From: the human T2T-CHM13v2.0 reference genome, Homo sapiens
Length of the DNA: 64,000 nucleotides
Direction: 5' to 3' (one strand)
NCBI RefSeq assembly: GCF_009914755.1
Contig: NC_060940.1
A model generated the notes under the pieces. That model had not been told where the DNA came from, did no database searches, and saw nothing but the letters and a program-made list of their open reading frames with translations. The position numbers and the translations under genes are program-made. Within the stretch, counting starts at the first letter, position 1. Each line of letters starts with the position of its first letter. This document shows, in pieces, positions 1 through 15,539 of the stretch.

Positions 1-344
1 CAAGGGTGCTATTTTTAGAAAAGTGGGGGCCAGTTAAGCCAGATGTACGTTAAGTATATAAAGATCCATCCCCGGCCAGGCATATGATCTCTCTAATCCA
101 CTGGAGGGATTAGAGAGACTGGAGGGAGGTGCAGAGGGTGTTTGGGGACTTGTTATTTAGTTATTAATTCTGTGCAGCTGTTATTTAGTTATTCATTCAT
201 GTATTTATTCATTAAACATGTATTATCAACCATGTGCTATGTGCTTGGCTGAAACATGAACCAATCATGGCCAGCCATCTGAAAGAACTCACAGAGTGGA
301 GAAATGGACATGTAAATGATCACATTGAAAGGTGTTATCAGTCT

Positions 345-1030
345 TGACAGAATGGGATTTATTCTAAGAATGGAAGGATGGTTCAATCTTGGGGAATGTA
401 ATAATGTGATTTATTGTTAATACAGGCAAATGAGAAAAATTTGTGATTTATTTTATGGATGCTGAAAAGATATCTTATAAAAAGAAATATCTATTTCTGA
501 TTTTCAGAACAACCTGCTATTAAAATAGGGTCATACCTAAAGCCAGCATCATCTTTAGTGGTTTAGCACTAGAAGCATTTCCACTAAATCCAGAACCAGC
601 CTGAAGTGCTCATTACTGTTACTATTATTTAACCATTGTTCAGGACTTATTAGATAATACAATTAGAAAAACAAAAGGAGAAAGGGGGGAGGTAGAATTA
701 TTACTATTTGCAAAGTAATTTTAACTTTTCCTTTTTGGAAAACCTAAGATTACCAATCCTCCTATGAATCTATTGGAAACAATAATAGAATTCATTAAGG
801 TGGCTGGTAAGGAAAAAACAATGTATAATTTATAGATTTCCTATATGCCTATGCCACCCATTGTGAAAATATAATGGGAAAAAATACTGTGTGTATAGAA
901 CCAACCAGAGAGACAAAATAACTAGGAATAAATTTAGCAAAAATTGCAAGGGACTTGTAAAAACAAAATATTAATACTCTACTAAGGGGCGCTGGAGAGG
1001 ACAGGAGTAAATGGAGAGACATCCTTCTCT
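345..1030 (+). mobile_element. Ancient L1M ORF2 (reverse transcriptase) remnant
   Basis: Decayed RT motifs in order: gggatttattctaagaatggaaggatggttcaat (GFI..GWFN), gatgctgaaaag (DAEK), ctagaagcatttccacta (LEAFPL), ctatttgca (LFA). Many stops and frameshifts. Confidence 0.8.
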
Positions 1031-1404
1031 AGGGTGGCATTTCTTTCTTTTCCTTCCCTCCTCCTCCCTTTTCCTGTCTCCCTTTTCTTTCCCATTCTTG
1101 TTTGTTTGTTTGTCTAAGTCATTGATGCCTAAATTGAGATCAGATGTGTTTGAGGGTGATCTGAAAATATTGTTTATATAAACTTGACCAAAATGTACTT
1201 CATATATGGGATATCCTTCCTTTGCACATTTTATTTGACAGAGGAAAGGGTGGCAAAATAACTGTCACTGTTTAGATTCATAAACTATTATAATCCCTTG
1301 CAGAGGGGCTGACTGCCTTACACCCCCAATTCAGGGGTAGAAGAACCATGCCCAAGGAGTGGATTAAGAGTTGAGCTGGCGGCTCAACTCAACTCTTAAG
1401 AGTT

Positions 1405-1703
<299 letters not shown>

Positions 1704-1879
1704 AAGAGTTGAGCTGGTGCACATTAGTCAATGTGGATGCACTCATGTTGCCACATAGCAAAAAGTGAATCAGAGACAAACCATGGTTATTTTAGGACGG
1801 GAGGGGGAGATGGAGGTTCGAATCTGATGGAATAACAGTCGCCGTGGGAGTGGCAGCACTGGTGGTAGATGATATTGTA

Positions 1880-2070
1880 TCACGTGTGCCAGGCTTGGCT
1901 CCGAGTATTGAATTCCTTTAGGCTTCACTGGCACCTCGTGAGATAGGCACTGATATTACCCACGCCTTACAGGCGAGGGAACTGAGGCACAGTGCTGGTA
2001 AGTCACTCGCTCAAACTGTGGAGTTGGGATTCAAACCTAGGTGTATGGCCTCAAGCATACGTTCTTACCT
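1880..2070 (-). mobile_element. MIR
   Basis: MIR core ttacaggcgagggaactgaggcacag...aagtcactcgctcaa...gggattcaaacctagg. Confidence 0.8.
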
Positions 2071-2234
2071 TTATTTGTCTCAGAGTTCATTTCCACTGGA
2101 AGTGGTGTCTTCCAGCCTCATGGGAGTAAATAATAAGCTTCAGCATTTCCCTGCTTTTAGTTCCAGTGTGCAGATGGACAGGCTGCTGCAGGAGTCTTGC
2201 CCTCACAGTAAACAGTGGAAGTGGTTTTCTTTCT

Positions 2235-2640
2235 GTTCAGGGACTATGCCAAGCTCATTCCCCCTTTAGGGCCATTTTATTCTCTTTTCCCTCCTCCTGG
2301 AATATTCTGTCCCTAGATCCCTAAACTACTGGTATCTCCTTATCTTTCCTTTAGGTGTTGGCTGAAATTTCAGCTCCTCTAAAAGGCCTTTCCTGACTAC
2401 CTAATTTAAATAACTTCTTCCACTTCTGAGCTTGTTATGCTGTTTTATTTTCTCCAGCACATCTATTGCTCTCCAAAGTTATCCTCATTACTTATCTCCC
2501 CCTCACTAGAAGGTAAACTGCATAGGACCAGAAATCGATCTTGTCCATTTTGTTTCAAGCCAGAGCCCAGAACAGTGCCTGGCAGATAGTAGATGCTCAA
2601 TGCATGGTGATTTATTAATCACCAATGATAAATCAGTGAA
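2235..2640 (+). mobile_element. L2 3' end
   Basis: Typical L2 terminus ctagaaggtaaactgcatagg...cagaacagtgcctggcagatagtagatgctcaat. Confidence 0.75.
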
Positions 2641-2982
2641 TTCATGAACAAAAAGAGGACCTTGTATGTACGATACTCCAGGCTTCTGGAAAGAAAGAAC
2701 CCTCACATTTCTTGGGAAGTGTAGCTAAGAATTGTTCTCAGCTTTTTCACATACTCTTTTTTTGCAAGCCTATTTTGGGTGCAGAAAGAGAAACCCACTC
2801 AAATAAGCTGTGTGGGCTAGCTAGTCTCCCCCAAAGGTTCCTATAGCACACAACATTATTTCATTTATTCCTCACAGTGGCCTCATGAAGTAGATGTTTT
2901 CTTACAGATAGAGAGATTGAGACTTTGGAAGGGCAAGTGACATTCCTGAGCTCCCATAGCAGGATGTCCTGAGCTGGATGTC

Positions 2983-3541
<559 letters not shown>

Positions 3542-3905
3542 CTGGGTGCCTTCCTACTATTCCTGGCCTCTGTTGCTGTAGCACAGTTGTAGGAGATGAG
3601 CACGGATTATTACTGATAGATCATTATGCTCCATGAGTAGTTGGATTGTCTTTCTCTGGATGTATTATCAAAATTACCTAATTGCCATATAATAATCAGG
3701 CCATGACACGGGGGCCCCCTGTTTGACTTTTGTTACCTCCTAGAGGTGTCCGCACACCATTCCCTCCAGGTTAAAGCTTCTGCAGAGGGTTAGAGATTTG
3801 GGAGCCCCTGGAGATGAGGAAATATTTGAGTCAAACTACGTGGGCACCTCTGTCATAGGACAGTTTGATTGCTTGGAGCTCTGTGGTATTTTGAAAAGGA
3901 AGCTG

Positions 3906-4222
3906 GGCTGGCTGCGGTGGCTCACGCCTGTAATCCCAGCACTTTGGGAGGCCGAGGCAGGCAGACCACAAGGTCAGGAGGTCGAGACCACCCTGGCTAA
4001 CACGGTGAAACCCCATCTCTACTAAAAATACAAAAAATTAGCTAGGCGTGGTGGCACGCACCTGTAGTCCCAGCTACTCAGGAGGTTGAAGTAGGAAAAT
4101 TGCTTGAACCCAGAGGCGGAGGTTGCAGTGAGCTGAGATCGCACCACTACACTCCAGCCTGGTGATGAAGCCAGTTTCCATCCCAAAAAAAAATAAAAAT
4201 AAAAATAATTGAATAAAAGAAA
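3906..4222 (+). mobile_element. AluS/Y-type (AluSc8-like)
   Basis: ctggctaacacggtgaaaccc. TSD GAAAAGGAAGCTG at 3893-3905 and 4223-4235. Confidence 0.93.
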
Positions 4223-4469
4223 GAAAAGGAAGCTGAAGGTGGAATCAGAAATTAAGGATTTGAGTCTGAGTTCTGCACCTTGTGGGACTTGTTTTGTGTG
4301 CATAGATTGGTGTGTAGAGCCTTTGTTTTCTCATCTCTAAAATGGGAATAACAACCTCTACTAACTCCACAGTGATTTTGCAAGGGTAGAATAGTGACTG
4401 TGTGTTGGGATTGACTTAGTCTACATATGTTAGTTGTTATTAATCCATGCACGTTTTCATGAATTCCCC

Positions 4470-4650
4470 CAGGTTATTGGTTTCCTGGAATGTTGCAGTC
4501 CAGGGAGTACCTGAAATACAGGACAAGCACTCTTATAAAGTTAGATTAAGAGGTTTAATTTACAGAAACTATTTTATAGCATGGATATCAAACGTTCTCA
4601 GGGCAGACTGCGTAAAGATCTGGGGAATTCCTGGACAATCTCAGACTGTG
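4470..4650 (-). mobile_element. ERVL-type LTR fragment (MER68/MER77-like)
   Basis: gttgcagtccagggagtacctgaaatacaggacaagcactc...aagttagattaag resembles the antisense 3' end of this LTR group (from recall). Confidence 0.45.
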
Positions 4651-4892
4651 TAACTGTTTCACCGGATTCATCATTGTTACGTCATTTTTAAAATACCGAA
4701 ACAACATAAAAACCTACGGAGCTACGGGTCACACTTGCTTCTTAAAACTGCCCTGCAGTTGTTGAGCTTTGGGAGTGACCAGAAGATTCTGTCATTTGGT
4801 TCTCAATTGACCTATCCTCTCTTTTCAGGCTGTGTTTCCCAGGTTGGTGTATTAACTTTCCACCTTCTAGTTGTCTGCCTAACATGCTTTCT

Positions 4893-5154
4893 TTTTAAAT
4901 CTTTTTTAATATATATATTTTTTAATTTTACTTTAAGTTCTGGGATACATGTGCAGAACATGTGCCATGGTGGTTTGCTGCACCTATCAACCCGTCATCT
5001 AGGTTTTAAGCCCGGCATGCATTAGGTATTTGTCCTAATGCTCTCCGTCCCCTAGCTCCCCACCCCCCGACAGGCCCTGGTGTGTGATGTTCCCCTCCCT
5101 GTGTCCATGTGTTCTCACTGTTCGGCTCCCACTTATGAATGAGAACGTGCGGTG
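4893..5154 (-). mobile_element. L1PA (L1PA8-like) 3' end, 5'-truncated
   Basis: T-rich tail followed by taagttctgggatacatgtgcagaac...ccacttatgaatgagaac. 16-bp TSD gcctaac(a/c)tgctttct at 4877-4892 and 5155-5170. Confidence 0.92.
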
Positions 5155-5177
5155 GCCTAACCTGCTTTCTAACCCTC

Positions 5178-6190
5178 TGTGCTAGACAGAATAATGACCT
5201 CCCTGAAATGCCTGCATCCTAATCCCTGGAACCTGCAAATATGTTAGATTAGCTGGCAAAGGGGAATTAGGTTGCAGATGGAATGAAGATTATGAACCAA
5301 CTGACTTTAAATGGGAGATTGTCCTGAATTATTTGGTTGGAGCCAATGTAATTCCAAGGAATTGTATACAGAAGGCTTCTCTTATCCGCAGTTTCACTTT
5401 CTGAGGTTTCAGTTACCCATGGTTAACTGTGCTCTGAAAATATTAATGGGAAATTTCAGAAATAAATGTTCATAGGTTTTAAGTTGCTCATCATTCTGAG
5501 TAGTGTGGTGACATCTTGCGCTGTCCTGCTCTGTGCCACCCAGGATGTGAATTATCCCTTTGTCCAGCATGTCCACCCTGTAGACTCTACCCATCCTTGA
5601 GTCACTCAGCAGCTGTCTTGGTTATCAGATTGACTGTCATGGTATCTCAGTGCTTATGTGTGAGTAACCTTTACTTTACTTAATGATGGCCCCAGAGTGC
5701 AAGAGTAGTGATGCTGGTAATTCAGATATGCCCAAAGAGAACCCATGAAGGGCTTCTTTTAAGTGAAAAGGCAAAACTTTTCAATTTAGAAAGGGTAAGA
5801 ATAGTAAAATAAAATATTTTGAGAGAGAGACCATAATCACGTAACTTTTATTATAATATATTGTTATAATTCTATCTTATTATGAGTTGTTAATCTCTTA
5901 CTGTACCTAATTTATAAATTTAACTTTATCATAGCTATGTATGTATAGGAAATAACATAATATCTATAGGGTTTTGTATTATTGATGGTTTTAGGAAGTC
6001 ACTGGGGGTCTTGGAGCATATCCTCTGTAGATAAGGGGGCACTATTGTAAATGGAAGAGGGAGGCAGAGAGAGAACCAGAAGGTAGTATGAGAAGGACTC
6101 AATCACTGTTGCTGGCTTTGGCAATAGAGGAAGAGGCTACAAGCCAATGTGGGCAGCTTCTAGAAACTGGAGAAAAGGCAAGGATCTGAC
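5178..6190 (+). mobile_element. MLT1 (MLT1D-like) MaLR LTR interrupted by MER44
   Basis: tgtgctagacagaataatgacc...ctaatccctggaacctg...ggcaaaggggaatta, resuming at 6050 with aatggaagagggaggcagag. Confidence 0.8.
5369..6047. mobile_element. MER44 (Tigger7-derived DNA transposon)
   Basis: TIR-like ends cagaaggcttctcttatccgcag and ctgtagataagggggcactattg, flanked by TA. Confidence 0.85.
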
Positions 6191-6694
6191 CCCTATTCAC
6201 TGCTTTAGCCACATTCAGTTGCCTTATTTTCTTTGTTCCTCTGCTTGAGCTTTGCTAGCCTCCTTGCTGTACCTGAGAAGTCAAACATGGCCCTGCCCCA
6301 GGGCCTTTGCACTTGCTGCTTCCACCACTTACAATGTTTCTTTGCATTAGATAATTGCATGTCTTATGTCCTCCCTTCATTCGGGTCTCTGCTCAATCAT
6401 CTTATCCTCAGGGTGGCTTTTTCTTGTACCACCTGGACTCACCTGCTAGTGGTAAGAGCATCACTTATTGGAAAATGCTGGTGAACAGTGTCATCATTGA
6501 CATATGCCTGTATTCCATAGTTACTCCACACCCACCCAGGTTTCTGGTATCCTAATTTCCTGTTTTTTAATTCCCCTATTCTGGAGAGAGGATCTAGTCA
6601 TTGATCCGGTACCACAAAATGACCTTAATGTTGCTGGGGTCAAAATTTAAAAGATGTTTATGTAACACTCAGCTATCCCTGCTATTTAAGTATG

Positions 6695-6713
6695 CTGCCA
6701 CCAGGTGGTGATT
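6695..6713 (+). promoter_or_regulatory. Candidate CTCF binding site
   Basis: CTGCCACCAGGTGGTGATT closely matches the CTCF core CCASYAGRKGGCR, in non-repeat sequence. Confidence 0.6.
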
Positions 6714-7429
6714 GTGGGACACAGGTTGGGTCCAAAGTCAGGCATTTCCTGAGATACAAAACGAGTGGCTCCTTGCTCCTTCCAATCTGGATTAACCCTG
6801 CATATTTTGTTCTTATATCATAAAATAAGAGGCTTTATAAAATATTCACTTTCAGTAAACAATAAGCAAGTATCAAAACAGATGTGTAAAGCCGTGTTTA
6901 AAACATACTGGAATACAGTTGTGTATTTGTTTTTTCTCTTCCCCATTCTGAACCAATTTCTTCATTTGTGTTCAGATATAGAAAAAATCTTGGCAGGTGG
7001 AATTTTTCTTTCCTTCTTAGCATTCTTATGACTATCTAAATATGGACAAAAATGAAAATGCCATGTTGCCATAAGTATATCTTAAAGCAATTAATATTAA
7101 GAAATATTATTATAACACATATGCCATATATTAAATTGCTACATTACCCATTTAGAATTTGAAAATTGCATGTTGATTTCAACCAAGAAACCTCTTGACC
7201 TCAATGAGAACCATGGATTTCCTCATTTAGAACAAAACAATGAGTTTCTTCTGTATTTATGGGTTCTCACTAGCCTGTGTATCTGTGTCAAAAGTTCCTT
7301 CCTTCTTTTAGTTTACCTTCAACTCTTGGCCTTGGGACTTTTCAATTTTCCTGGGATTCCCTTTTCCCATCCTTCCATTTTTCATCCACTAGGAGGAAGA
7401 AATTGCCCCAAATCACAATATGTTAGAAC

Positions 7430-7900
7430 ATCTTTAAGGATAATCATTTTCAGTGGTGGTTCAAAACTTCATTTCAGCTCCAGAACTCTATTGGCTAGAA
7501 TTCCTCTGGTTATAACACAGAAATCCAAGGTAAAATCTGAACCGAGCATAAATCAAAAAGGAATTTAATGGCTCATGTATCTGAGAAGTCCCAGGAATTG
7601 GGGATATCTTTTTTTTTTTTTTGGCTTAATTAGTGTTTAAACAATGTCACCAGATCTCTGCTTCTGGATTCTCTGTCGCCGCTCAGATGGTTGACTGAGT
7701 TCTCAAAACTTCTCTCCTTGTGGCTGTAAAGTGGGTGCTAGCCTGATTCTCTTTCCCCAAGTATAGGTGGAGAAGCTTGTCATCTTTGTCCTGGAAGTCT
7801 TTGCTGAAGACTCGATGTAGCTCATTAGTTCTTAGGGGTCGTGCACACATCCATCAAGCGGTTTCTGTTGCCAGCGGGGTGTGAGGCTTGAGGCACTGCC
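7430..7900 (-). mobile_element. Old MLT1 (J/K-type) LTR
   Basis: ctctggttataacacagaaatcc...aaaaaggaatttaatggctcatgtatctgagaagtcc pattern. Confidence 0.55.
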
Positions 7901-9275
7901 TCCCTGGAGCCTAGGGAGGAGTTAGTTTCCCTGGAGGCCCCTGGATCTGGTTATCAAAGACAGGAAATGAATGCTGCTGCCAAAACAACAGATGTCTGTT
8001 TCTAGACACTCCTCTGTTCAAATGCAATCTTTCCCCGAAGTACAACCGAATAAAACAGACACAGTGAGGTTCCACCGGCTTGCATGGAGATAGAGGACCT
8101 AGGTTCTGTTTTGTCTTTCTACCAAGGTGGACACAAACAGAGCAGCTCAAAATCTCCCTGTCTAGGTCTCTGCTTGAAGATTCTGCATCTTTTCTTTAAC
8201 CGAGAGGGGAAGAACGGAAGGAAGAGAAGAAGAGAGAGAGGGAGGCAATGCAGGAAAAAAAATGTATCCAGTCTCTAAACCTAAGATGTGTTCAATCCTG
8301 AAAAAAGTATCTATGGAATCTGCCCCTCAGAAATCACTAATTATTTATTTAGAATATTTTCTATTTTCATCCCTTCCTTAGCAACCCCTAGCAGCTGCCT
8401 AGAAAATTTTAAAGGAATTGTGTATCTTACAAGAGAATTCTTCAAATAGCAAGTGAAATAGTTTCATCACATTAAGTCTTCCTGCCCGGATTCGCTTCAA
8501 GTGGAGAGGGAGAAATGATTTGGCATTTGATCAGTCTTAATTTAACAACTAGATAGCCTAGAATTTCTAGAAAATCTTTGATTTTATGCCATTCTTTTCA
8601 TTTAAAGTGAGGCTCACAATATAGAATTAAGTGTGATTTAATTTTTTCTGCTTCTGTAAGACGTTTTAGGAAAATAAATCAGTGTTCTGGAGAAGAAAAA
8701 TTCCCTTGTCCAATCTAGTGTTTTGACTTAAAAATATATGTATATCTGTCCACCTTGTGTGTTGTTTGGGAGATTCTTATTAGCACACAAGGATATTTTC
8801 TTCTTCAGCTTATGTGTGTGTGTGAGAAAATTATATCCTGGAGGATCTTGAAGGTTCTTCAGCAGGAATTCCTGGGGGAACCTGAGGACCTTGGACTTGT
8901 TAAGCCCCAGGGTCATTGATTAGGTCCCGGTCAATTTCCTATGGACTTTTGATGGCTTCAGGGCTTTATCCTCCATGGCTGTGGAGCAGGTTGGAGTCTG
9001 GCTCGTTCCTTATTTCCCCCAAGATGGAGAAACTAGGAGTAGAAATAGAAAGACTTCCTATTGCTCATCCAGTCGCTATTAGGCCTATGTACTAGAATGG
9101 TTCTTTTTATAAAGAGATTTCTTTTCCTGGTTTCTTGCTACTTATTTTAAGATTCTGAAGACTTCTTCAGAAACTTATTTTATTTCAGAAAAAGGCAAAA
9201 TTTAAAAGCAGATTGTACAGAAAGTTAAGTTTTGTGATTTCTAATTTCCAGCAGTTGTGCTTTTGCATATTATCC

Positions 9276-9591
9276 TTTTTTTTTTTTTTTTTTTTTTTTT
9301 TAATGACAGGGTCTTGCTTCGTCACTCAGGCTGGAGTACAGTGGCTCAATCATAGCTCACTGCAGCCTAGAACTCCTGGGCTCAAGTGATCCTCCAGCCT
9401 CAGCCTCCTGAGTACCTGGGACTACAGACATGCACCACTATGCCCAACTAATTTTTTATTTTTATTTTTGTGTAGTGATGGGGTCTTGCTTTTTTGCTTA
9501 GGCTGGTCTCGAACTCCTGGCCTCAAGCGATCTTCTTGCCTCAGTCTCCCAAAGGGGCTGGGATTACAGGCATGAACCACTGTGTCCAGCT
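9276..9591 (-). mobile_element. AluJo
   Basis: Poly(T) followed by gacagggtcttgc...atcatagctcactgcagcc. Confidence 0.93.
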
Positions 9592-10298
9592 CACATTTTG
9601 AGGCTTCTAGGGAAGTAAACCCATCTTCTAATTCCATGAAAGACTTTGGCGATGTCTACTTACTGTCGTTTGGTTTAAAGGTCTCAGCACGTTGGGTAAC
9701 TTCAGAGAGAGGTACTGATTTTCCGAGCCCTGCTGTGCGTTGGCAGTTTCAGAGACTGCATGACTTAGCTACCCCTTCCCAATGTGGGGCAGCTGAGGTA
9801 GGAGAGTTGCCCTGGGCTGTGTATTCTTTAAAAGGAAAGGGAGAAAAAAAAAAATCCCTTCCGCCTGGGCTATTTCAAGGCAGCATGAAGGAGGGAAAGC
9901 AGTGCTTCTCTGCTACCTTGCTTAGAAATGCTGCTGACCCTGCTGCTGCCTTGGTGGTGTGGTGGCCCCGTAAAGAGGAGCTGGTGGCAGAGACATCAGG
10001 TGTTTGCTCAGTGACACAGTGACATCACGGCCACCTCTTATTTCATGGTGAAGATTTTTTTTTAGCCACCCCTCCCAAAATTGACTACTGCCTTTAGAAA
10101 AGTGTTCTCATGAGTAGAACTTAGCTAGAATTTTAGTAGTAACATCACTCTCTTGTTATGAAGCTCTGTGACACAAACACTCCCTGACTTTATAAGGTGC
10201 AAAGTACCTGGTCTGGAGTGGAAAAGCTTACGAAGCCTTTCTCCTCGCTGTCTGAGTTTATTTATTGCTTCATTTTTTCCTGTACTATCAGGGCCGAT

Positions 10299-10396
10299 TT
10301 TGCCCAGGCTGGTCTTGAACTCCTGGCCTCAAGTGACCTGCTCGCCTCAGCCTCCCAAAGTGCTGGGATTATAGGCATAAGCCACTGTGCCCAGCC
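10299..10396 (-). mobile_element. Alu left-arm/FLAM fragment
   Basis: tgcccaggctggtcttgaactcctggcctcaagtga...agccactgtgcccagcc. Confidence 0.85.
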
Positions 10397-10707
10397 TCTT
10401 CTATAAATTTTTAATACTTATAAAGTATACATAATTTATTTCAAAAATGTGTATTTTAAAATAATTTGCTTCTTTCACTTGAAAGTATATTATGACCATC
10501 TTTTTGTGTCAAAAATATACTCCTGTAACATCATTTAACACTTTTACGTTTATAAAAATGATAGATTTTTGTCAGTCATACCTCAATAAAGCTGGGAAAA
10601 CAGTAATATAGACAAGATACTATTCTTCCAGGAAAAAAAACCCCAAATTTTGAGCCTGACCACACATGAATTATAGAAATAAATTGCAGGTAAAGAAGGA
10701 AACAAAA

Positions 10708-11039
<332 letters not shown>

Positions 11040-11248
11040 TCAACAATGACAACAACAAAAATTGTTAAGAGTATTAGAAGGCAGTACGGATATATCTTAA
11101 TAATATTGGGATGGCAAAATCCTTTCAAATCAAGATTGTTAAAAAAAAACAAAAACCCAGAAGCCATAAAGGGAAAAGGGAAAGATTGATGGATTTGCAC
11201 AGAGAAAATGTAAAATTCTTTCATATGAGAAAAGAATCCCCAACAGAG

Positions 11249-11713
11249 TGTATTCGCTTGATAGGCTGCTGTAACAGAACACAAGAGACTGGGTGACAAA
11301 CAACAGAAATATATTTTCTCACAATTCTGGAAGCTGGAAGTCTGAGATTAGAGTTGGAAAGTTAGTTTCTTCTGAGGCCTCTCTCCTTGGCTTGCAGACG
11401 GCTCTATTCTCCCTATGTCTTCACATGGTCTTCCCTCTGTTTGTTTCTGTCTTAATCTCTTCTTATAAGGACAGCTATCATATTTCACCCATTTGACCTC
11501 ATTTAAATGTTTTTTTTAATTTTTATTTATTTATTTATTTTTTGTAAGTTCTGGGATACACATGCAGGTTTGTTACATAGGTATGTATACATGTGCCATG
11601 GTAGTTTGCTGCACCTGTCAACCTGTCGTCTAGGTTTTAAGCCCCGGATACCTTAGGTATTTGCTATATGACCTCATTTTAAATTAATCACCTCTTTAAA
11701 GATCCTGTCTCCA
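11249..11713 (-). mobile_element. MLT1A-like MaLR LTR hosting L1PA and Alu insertions
   Basis: tgtattcgcttgataggctgctgtaacagaac...ttctcacaattctggaagctggaagtctgagat. Confidence 0.85.
11509..11666 (-). mobile_element. Short L1PA8-like 3' end
   Basis: taagttctgggataca...tctaggttttaagccc. TSD-like tgacctcattt at 11494 and 11668. Confidence 0.88.
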
Positions 11714-11714
11714 A

Positions 11715-12225
<511 letters not shown>

Positions 12226-13500
12226 GACATGCCCACCTCAGAGAGAACACAACTCGGTCCATAACACAGAACAAATACTGTGTGAGGAGCCTGGGGGACA
12301 CATTTGCAAATATGGGTCTAAGGGATCCAATTCCCTTGGCCCTGCCTGTTGCTTGGATGGCCTTGCTACCTCTGTTGTCTCTCTTCCTCCCAAGCTGCTA
12401 GGACTCCGTGGCATCCCCACCCCCCAGCCCATCTGTAGTCATATTCTTTCTTTAGACATGTTCCTGTTTCCAGTTAAGTTACCAGCAGGTCCTGGGGCTT
12501 AGAGTCTCCTCGGGGAATTTTGCAGATCTCTGTACTAATCCATTACAAGATGCTATTCAGGTTTAACTGTTAGAGGCCAATTGTTAAAGAACCTCCCCGT
12601 TCCAAAAAAAAGCACCCTTTATTATGACAGTAACATGAGCTCATTGTAAAAGAAAAAAGACAACTAACAAATACATGAAAATAAAATAAAGACTCTCTCC
12701 ACGGCTCATCATCCTCCTTCCCGCACTGCCAACCTCATTCGCCAGACGGGAACCACTGCTTAGAGCCGGCTGTGTCTCCTCCCCTTTGTCTGATTAATAC
12801 AGTAGATTAAGATGTGGTCATTGATAGAGTACGATGACACTGACGAGAAGTTATCCAGAGTGAACACGGCTGCTGATCCCTCTAGTTAACACACCATGCT
12901 GACTCACCGCCTCCTAGACTAGTTGGTGTGTTTAATCCTCACAAAGATCCTATGAGATATCCTGTTGTTATCTCATTTTATTAGATGAAGAAATTGTGGT
13001 TTAGAGATGATGCAGAACTTGTCCACAGTCGCTGAGCTGGGAAGTACTTAAGCCACCCTGGTTAACTTCAGAAGCTGCATCTGTTTTGTCTCCTTGTTTG
13101 TTATATGTTGATGGCTTTGTTTACTTATTTGCCTGTTTTGTTTGCTTTGTTTTCTTGTCATGAGATGGTGAACACTTTTCCCTGACATGGCAGAGAAGTC
13201 TAGCTCGTTATTTGGTAGTATCTACATTGTATTTTTCCATGGGGTTGGGTCATGCTTTATTTAACCACTTCTCTCCTGATGGACATCTCTGTAGTTTCCA
13301 TCCTTTTACAAACAAGGCTGCAGAAAGTATTCTTGTGCTCTGGAAATGTTTGTATAGAAAATGGAAGGAGTATGCACTTTAAAATTCTGGATGCCTTTTG
13401 ATAAGTGGTCAGAAGACAATCTTATTTCTAAGTTCTTGGGAGAGACCTCCATGTATTCCCCCATGTACTGATAGATATAGATTTAGTAAAACTCAGCGCC

Positions 13501-13819
<319 letters not shown>

Positions 13820-15229
13820 CTCAGCGCCTTTTGTGCCCCAGGCACCTACTGGCACTGGATAAAAGCTTTTAATAATAAGGATGGTGATTCCATATGCAAT
13901 TACCATGAGATGAAAGAAAATATGTGGTTTGTGTGTGGTTATTGCTCTTGGATGCTATTATTTAGAGTTTAGTTTCTGTTATCAAAATAATACTCAATGC
14001 TCCTTTCTCTTCTGCATGAAAGGGAAAAAAAGCAAATACTTCTCTTCTCTCTTTGAACTGCTGCGGAATCATTTTTCTGTAAGACTTGGGGATTCACCGT
14101 GAGGCCAAAGATTCCTTTTTTAAACTTTTCCGAAGTGAATTGGAGCGGAGTGACAGGATGGCTTTAGCTCTGAACCAAGATTAAGTTTCTGAAGCAGTGG
14201 TTAGTGACAGATGGAGATGCCCTCAGTGCATCAGGTACAACAAAGCCGGAGTCCCTCTGTCCATGATTTGCCCTATAGGGGGATTCTGTGGTCAGAAGAC
14301 TGCCTTGGGGCTTCCTGAGAAGTCCAGCTTGGCAGCTGTCAGCACCTTGTATATATCCAGAGAGCAATTCCCCCTATAGTCATAGGAGAATGACAATGCC
14401 AAGGACCTCTCAAAGCTCCTCTTCCATCGTGGCAGGGAAAGAGGTCAGGGGGATCCTGAGCAGGAGCAGAGCTAGACAGCTTCCCTGTGAAGCATGTCCT
14501 GTGGATTAAGAAGGGTCACATCTGGTGTGGCGATGGTAGTGGTTTTTCTTAAAATTCAACAAATACGTTTATGTGTCGCTTACTGCAACAAGATGAGTTG
14601 CTGTGGATGGTGCTTCTGCAGACTTCTTTTCCCATATAATCTTTTATGGAGATGCTCCTTGACATAAAATCCCCAGTGTTCATAGAAGGATTCTCTTTTC
14701 GCTGTCTTGCTGAGATAGAGGTTGTTTCTTGTGTCTCCATTTTTCTTGGGCACCTGACAATCTGGAATAAAGACTACATTTCCCAGTCTGCTTTCTGGCT
14801 GATGTGGCTTCATGAGGTTAAGTTTGGACCAATGGGATTTGAGAGTAGCTGCTGTGGCAACTTCTGGGAAACAGCCTTATGAGGAAGCTCCCCTCTTTGC
14901 TGTTGGTGAAAGGGAGAACCTGATGGTTGAAGCTTGAACAGTCATTAGGTGCCAGGTAGAGAAAGCCGCATCTTGAAAACGCTGAGGCAACCAGATAAAA
15001 AGAGCCCAATGGGAGCCCTTTGGCTAAGACAGGCATACATTTCTTCATTGTTTAAGCCATATCATTTTGGGGTTTCAGTTGCTCTTAGCTAAACTTAATT
15101 GTAATGGATACATCTGCCTTCTCTGTTCCAGGCATCGTGCTGAGGGTTTCAGGTAGAGCATCTTATGAAGCCCTCATGAGAAACTTTGCTGTTATCCACA
15201 TTTTACAGATAAATAAAGAAGGGGAATTA

Positions 15230-15539
<310 letters not shown>

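Noticed and set aside
12888-12932. 9-bp inverted repeat enclosing a TGCTGACTCA (MARE-like) motif
   Set aside because: A short stem at a MIR edge, within chance expectation, with no other support.
14040-14882. Cluster of overlapping ORFs suggesting an exon or processed pseudogene
   Set aside because: No recognisable protein similarity, no consistent frame, no poly(A) or TSD. The distal part looks MLT1-derived.
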